Below are positions 41,945 through 44,433 of a stretch of 44,433 nucleotides of DNA, in pieces. The notes under the pieces are model-generated. The model was not told the DNA's origin. It saw only the letters and a program-made list of their open reading frames with translations, and ran no database searches. A program made the translations under genes and the position numbers. The stretch's first letter is position 1, and every line of letters starts with the position of its first letter. The stretch lies in the NCBI GenBank assembly GCA_044225505.1, contig JBGAIN010000054.1, positions 1 through 44,433 of the forward strand, written 5' to 3'. Source of the DNA: Limisphaerales bacterium. GTDB lineage: Bacteria; Verrucomicrobiota; Verrucomicrobiia; Limisphaerales; SIBE01.

Positions 41945-44005
41945 TTATTTCTTTTGCAGCAACCCCTGGAGTGCGGCCAAATCTGTGTTCTTACGGCCCG
42001 GATCAAACCCGATGGCATTCTCGCCGGCCACCAGCGCCTGGCGTCGTGCCTCGAGACGCGACTGCTCGCCTGGAGCCGCGGAGGCGACGTAAATCGCTAC
42101 GCGACTGACTTGATCGCGGATTGTTAAGCGACCATCGCTCACCGAATGGTTTACTGGAGTAATGCCCTCGGCATCTACACGGAAGACCTCGGCAGGAGTG
42201 CGGAGATAAGACGGAAGCGGGAACTGGAACGCGCATTCCCGCGGCGGGCCAAACTTGAAAACGCGTTCCTGCTGGTCGGGTGCGTAGGCAAGGTCCAACG
42301 CGAACAACAGCGCGCCACGCGGCCCGGACACGACATCTAGATCCCAGTCGGGCTTGCTGTTGTGCAGAACACGTTGGTGACTCGCCGAGTCGCCCTCCAA
42401 ATAGTATTCCGCTAGCATTCGGATCTCGCGTCCAACCCGGGTCATGGGTTCGATGAGATCAGGGAACGCCAGGAGCGAGCGTAGGCTCAAGTTGAACCAG
42501 TAGAGTGACGTGATTCGACTTGCCAGGGCATGATACGCTTGGAGTCGGAGTTCGTCCGGTGTCGGGGAACTTCGCTTCCGGCCGCCGTAACCATTCCAGT
42601 CGTAATGAGGCCCCTGAGACCAGTAAGCAACGGGTCGCGGCCGGTTCAGTTCCCGGAGCGATCGAGACATCTCGCCGATGGTTTCGAGTGGTGCACCCCA
42701 GCGGATCCGTTCGCCGTCCCACCGGTCGTATTGGCCCCAAGCGTCCGCTGAGGGAGCCGTGACGCGGTAAGCGTCATAGTGCGGGTAGTCAGAGATGCCG
42801 GCGTAGAACCGCCAGACTCTTTCTTCGCTGTGCGTGACGGAAGTGGGAAGTCGCGTTGCGGCATAGGTGGACAGAGCTTTCCAGCACGCCTGAGGTGGTA
42901 CAGGCTTCCCGCCGCCATACTGGGGTTCTCCGAGGAACTCGACGGCATGGATGCGCGGCAACAGTGCGTCGGAATCGTAGTGATCGATCGGTTCGAGCTT
43001 GGAGAAATACTTCAGGGGATAGCGTGTGTAGAGGCCGTCGGGTCCTGTTTGGTCGGTATAGCCAGGCAGGTCCATGATGTGAGCGGTGTTGACATGAATT
43101 CGGCGCAGGGTCTGGTGAAACATCTCCTCCTCGACAGGTGGGCGGGCGACGCCGGCGCTTTCTTGCACCCAACCCCCGCTGATGTCAAAGACCTCGCGCT
43201 TGATGCGCTGATGGGCCCAGACGGTCACGGTCTTCCCATCGAGGGCGGCGAGTTGCACTTCGATCGCCGCGTAAGTCAGTGGGAGCGGCCCGGTAGCAAC
43301 GCGCGCGCCGCCGCGGTCATTGGCGGGGATAAGCCCGTCGTCAGGAAACCGCTCGAGACGATTGCTAATCCACGGTTGCGGGATGAGTGTCCGCCATGTC
43401 CTCTGGTTTTCCGGCAGCCAAAGGCGGCAGGCTTCCAGACGCAGCGTCCCGAAGGCGCGATTCACCACATGGAACACCAACATGTCCGGTTGAATGTTGG
43501 TGCTGGAGCCGAGGAACGTGACGGCGGACAGCCAGGCCGTGGGATTGTCGATCTGCACCTGGAAACGATCGGCCTCCGGTCTGCCCATCAGGCTAACCGC
43601 CACGTCCGCTTTCGTGTTGGGACCCCAGCCAGCTCGCTTCCCATTCCAACTCCAGACGGTCATCGTGCCGGGCGGGAGCCGCAATGCTTCCCCGCCCCAG
43701 GCTGAAGGCAAGTCGTGCCAAGCCCATTCATCGGATTTCAGCAATTCGTCAGGCGTCCGTCCGCGTAACCGAATTTCAGCTGAAGGTGAAATGGCGATCG
43801 TCTCCGCCGAAGTGTTGCGCAGGAATACCTCAACCCTAGCGCCGAGACTAAGGTCGGGCTTCTGTCGGTAGCGCATCTCGGTGGACTGGACGTGCGGGAT
43901 AACATGAATGCCGTCCACATTCATTCGCGGAGCCGCGTTGACTACAAGCGCCATCGAACAAGCGAAAAGGGACAAGACATGGGGGCTTTTCATGGATCGG
44001 GGCAT
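41945..44005 (-). CDS. Secreted hypothetical protein, possibly with a GH-like C-terminal barrel
   Basis: 686-aa ORF with a signal peptide, FLGEPQ, HYDAYR, SPTPDELRLQAYHALA..ITSLYWF. Only 3 nt separate it from the next gene. Confidence 0.78.
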   Translation of the reverse strand: MPRSMKSPHVLSLFACSMALVVNAAPRMNVDGIHVIPHVQSTEMRYRQKPDLSLGARVEVFLRNTSAETIAISPSAEIRLRGRTPDELLKSDEWAWHDLPSAWGGEALRLPPGTMTVWSWNGKRAGWGPNTKADVAVSLMGRPEADRFQVQIDNPTAWLSAVTFLGSSTNIQPDMLVFHVVNRAFGTLRLEACRLWLPENQRTWRTLIPQPWISNRLERFPDDGLIPANDRGGARVATGPLPLTYAAIEVQLAALDGKTVTVWAHQRIKREVFDISGGWVQESAGVARPPVEEEMFHQTLRRIHVNTAHIMDLPGYTDQTGPDGLYTRYPLKYFSKLEPIDHYDSDALLPRIHAVEFLGEPQYGGGKPVPPQACWKALSTYAATRLPTSVTHSEERVWRFYAGISDYPHYDAYRVTAPSADAWGQYDRWDGERIRWGAPLETIGEMSRSLRELNRPRPVAYWSQGPHYDWNGYGGRKRSSPTPDELRLQAYHALASRITSLYWFNLSLRSLLAFPDLIEPMTRVGREIRMLAEYYLEGDSASHQRVLHNSKPDWDLDVVSGPRGALLFALDLAYAPDQQERVFKFGPPRECAFQFPLPSYLRTPAEVFRVDAEGITPVNHSVSDGRLTIRDQVSRVAIYVASAAPGEQSRLEARRQALVAGENAIGFDPGRKNTDLAALQGLLQKK

Positions 44006-44175
44006 GATTCTTGAACCGACGAATCATGGCAACACTCGATGCGTGATGATGCCCATGGGGCCGATCCCAACGGTGACGTCGAGTCATGCTCGCCGGACAT
44101 CGAGTCCTGGTGCCGTTTTGTCACCAGGCCACCCCTCTTCCTTCCGCGACCCCCGTCCTTGGAAAAATCCCGCTC

Positions 44176-44433
44176 TTACGGATTCCGTGGCCGAAGGCGT
44201 TCCAAATCAATGCCCTGCAGCGCCGCAGAGCCAATGACCGGGTTGGATCGAGCGATCATGCCGTTCTCAAAACGAACGCAATAAGGCGAGAAAGCGAGAT
44301 TTGGATCGCGATAGTCGGTGCTGACGAATTGCGCGCCACTGGCCAAAGCTCGATCGCGTTGGGTAGGATCATTGGATCGTGCCTGGCGAGTATCTCCGTC
44401 CGCACGTGTTCGCACGAGAAACCCGTTCCGAAC
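44176..44433 (-). CDS. Ca-dependent phosphoinositide-specific phospholipase C-like protein, C-terminal part (5' end outside the window)
   Basis: VRNGFLVRTRADGDTRQARSND..RDRALASGAQFVSTDY...ARSNPV. Confidence 0.82.
   Translation of the reverse strand, partial: VRNGFLVRTRADGDTRQARSNDPTQRDRALASGAQFVSTDYRDPNLAFSPYCVRFENGMIARSNPVIGSAALQGIDLERLRPRNP

Overview
A gene-dense, GC-rich bacterial window. The gene content and secreted-protein motifs suggest Verrucomicrobiota/PVC, which is an inference. I saw no rRNA, tRNA, CRISPR array, transposase or integrase. In order, the window holds: (1) a partial glycogen debranching enzyme and glucose 1-dehydrogenase on the minus strand; (2) an orphan zf-HC2 anti-sigma-like protein, a redoxin and a GH28-like enzyme; (3) a tightly linked six-gene operon (5824-13171) encoding a MoxR AAA+ ATPase, an unknown protein, a HEXXH-metallopeptidase/vWA fusion, a radical SAM-Twitch enzyme, a second unknown protein and a PaaK/CapK-like adenylating ligase, which is my best candidate for an undescribed system; (4) a seven-gene coupled ACP-dependent biosynthetic operon (asnB, ACP, acyl-AMP ligase, nadE-like, two atypical alpha/beta hydrolases, aldo-keto reductase); (5) a GH-like protein, a Gfo/Idh/MocA oxidoreductase, a URO-D/MT2-like protein and a GNAT; (6) a three-gene secreted locus: a 2383-aa signal-peptide RHS protein with an unrecognised C-terminal domain and no immunity gene, an LVIVD/Ig/TSP3-like protein and a Gly-rich protein; (7) a lysophospholipase, a small conserved protein, two secreted GH-like proteins and a partial PI-PLC. 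A bipartite TGTA-N20-GACT motif recurs in three intergenic regions. All family calls come from motif recognition by eye; no searches were run.
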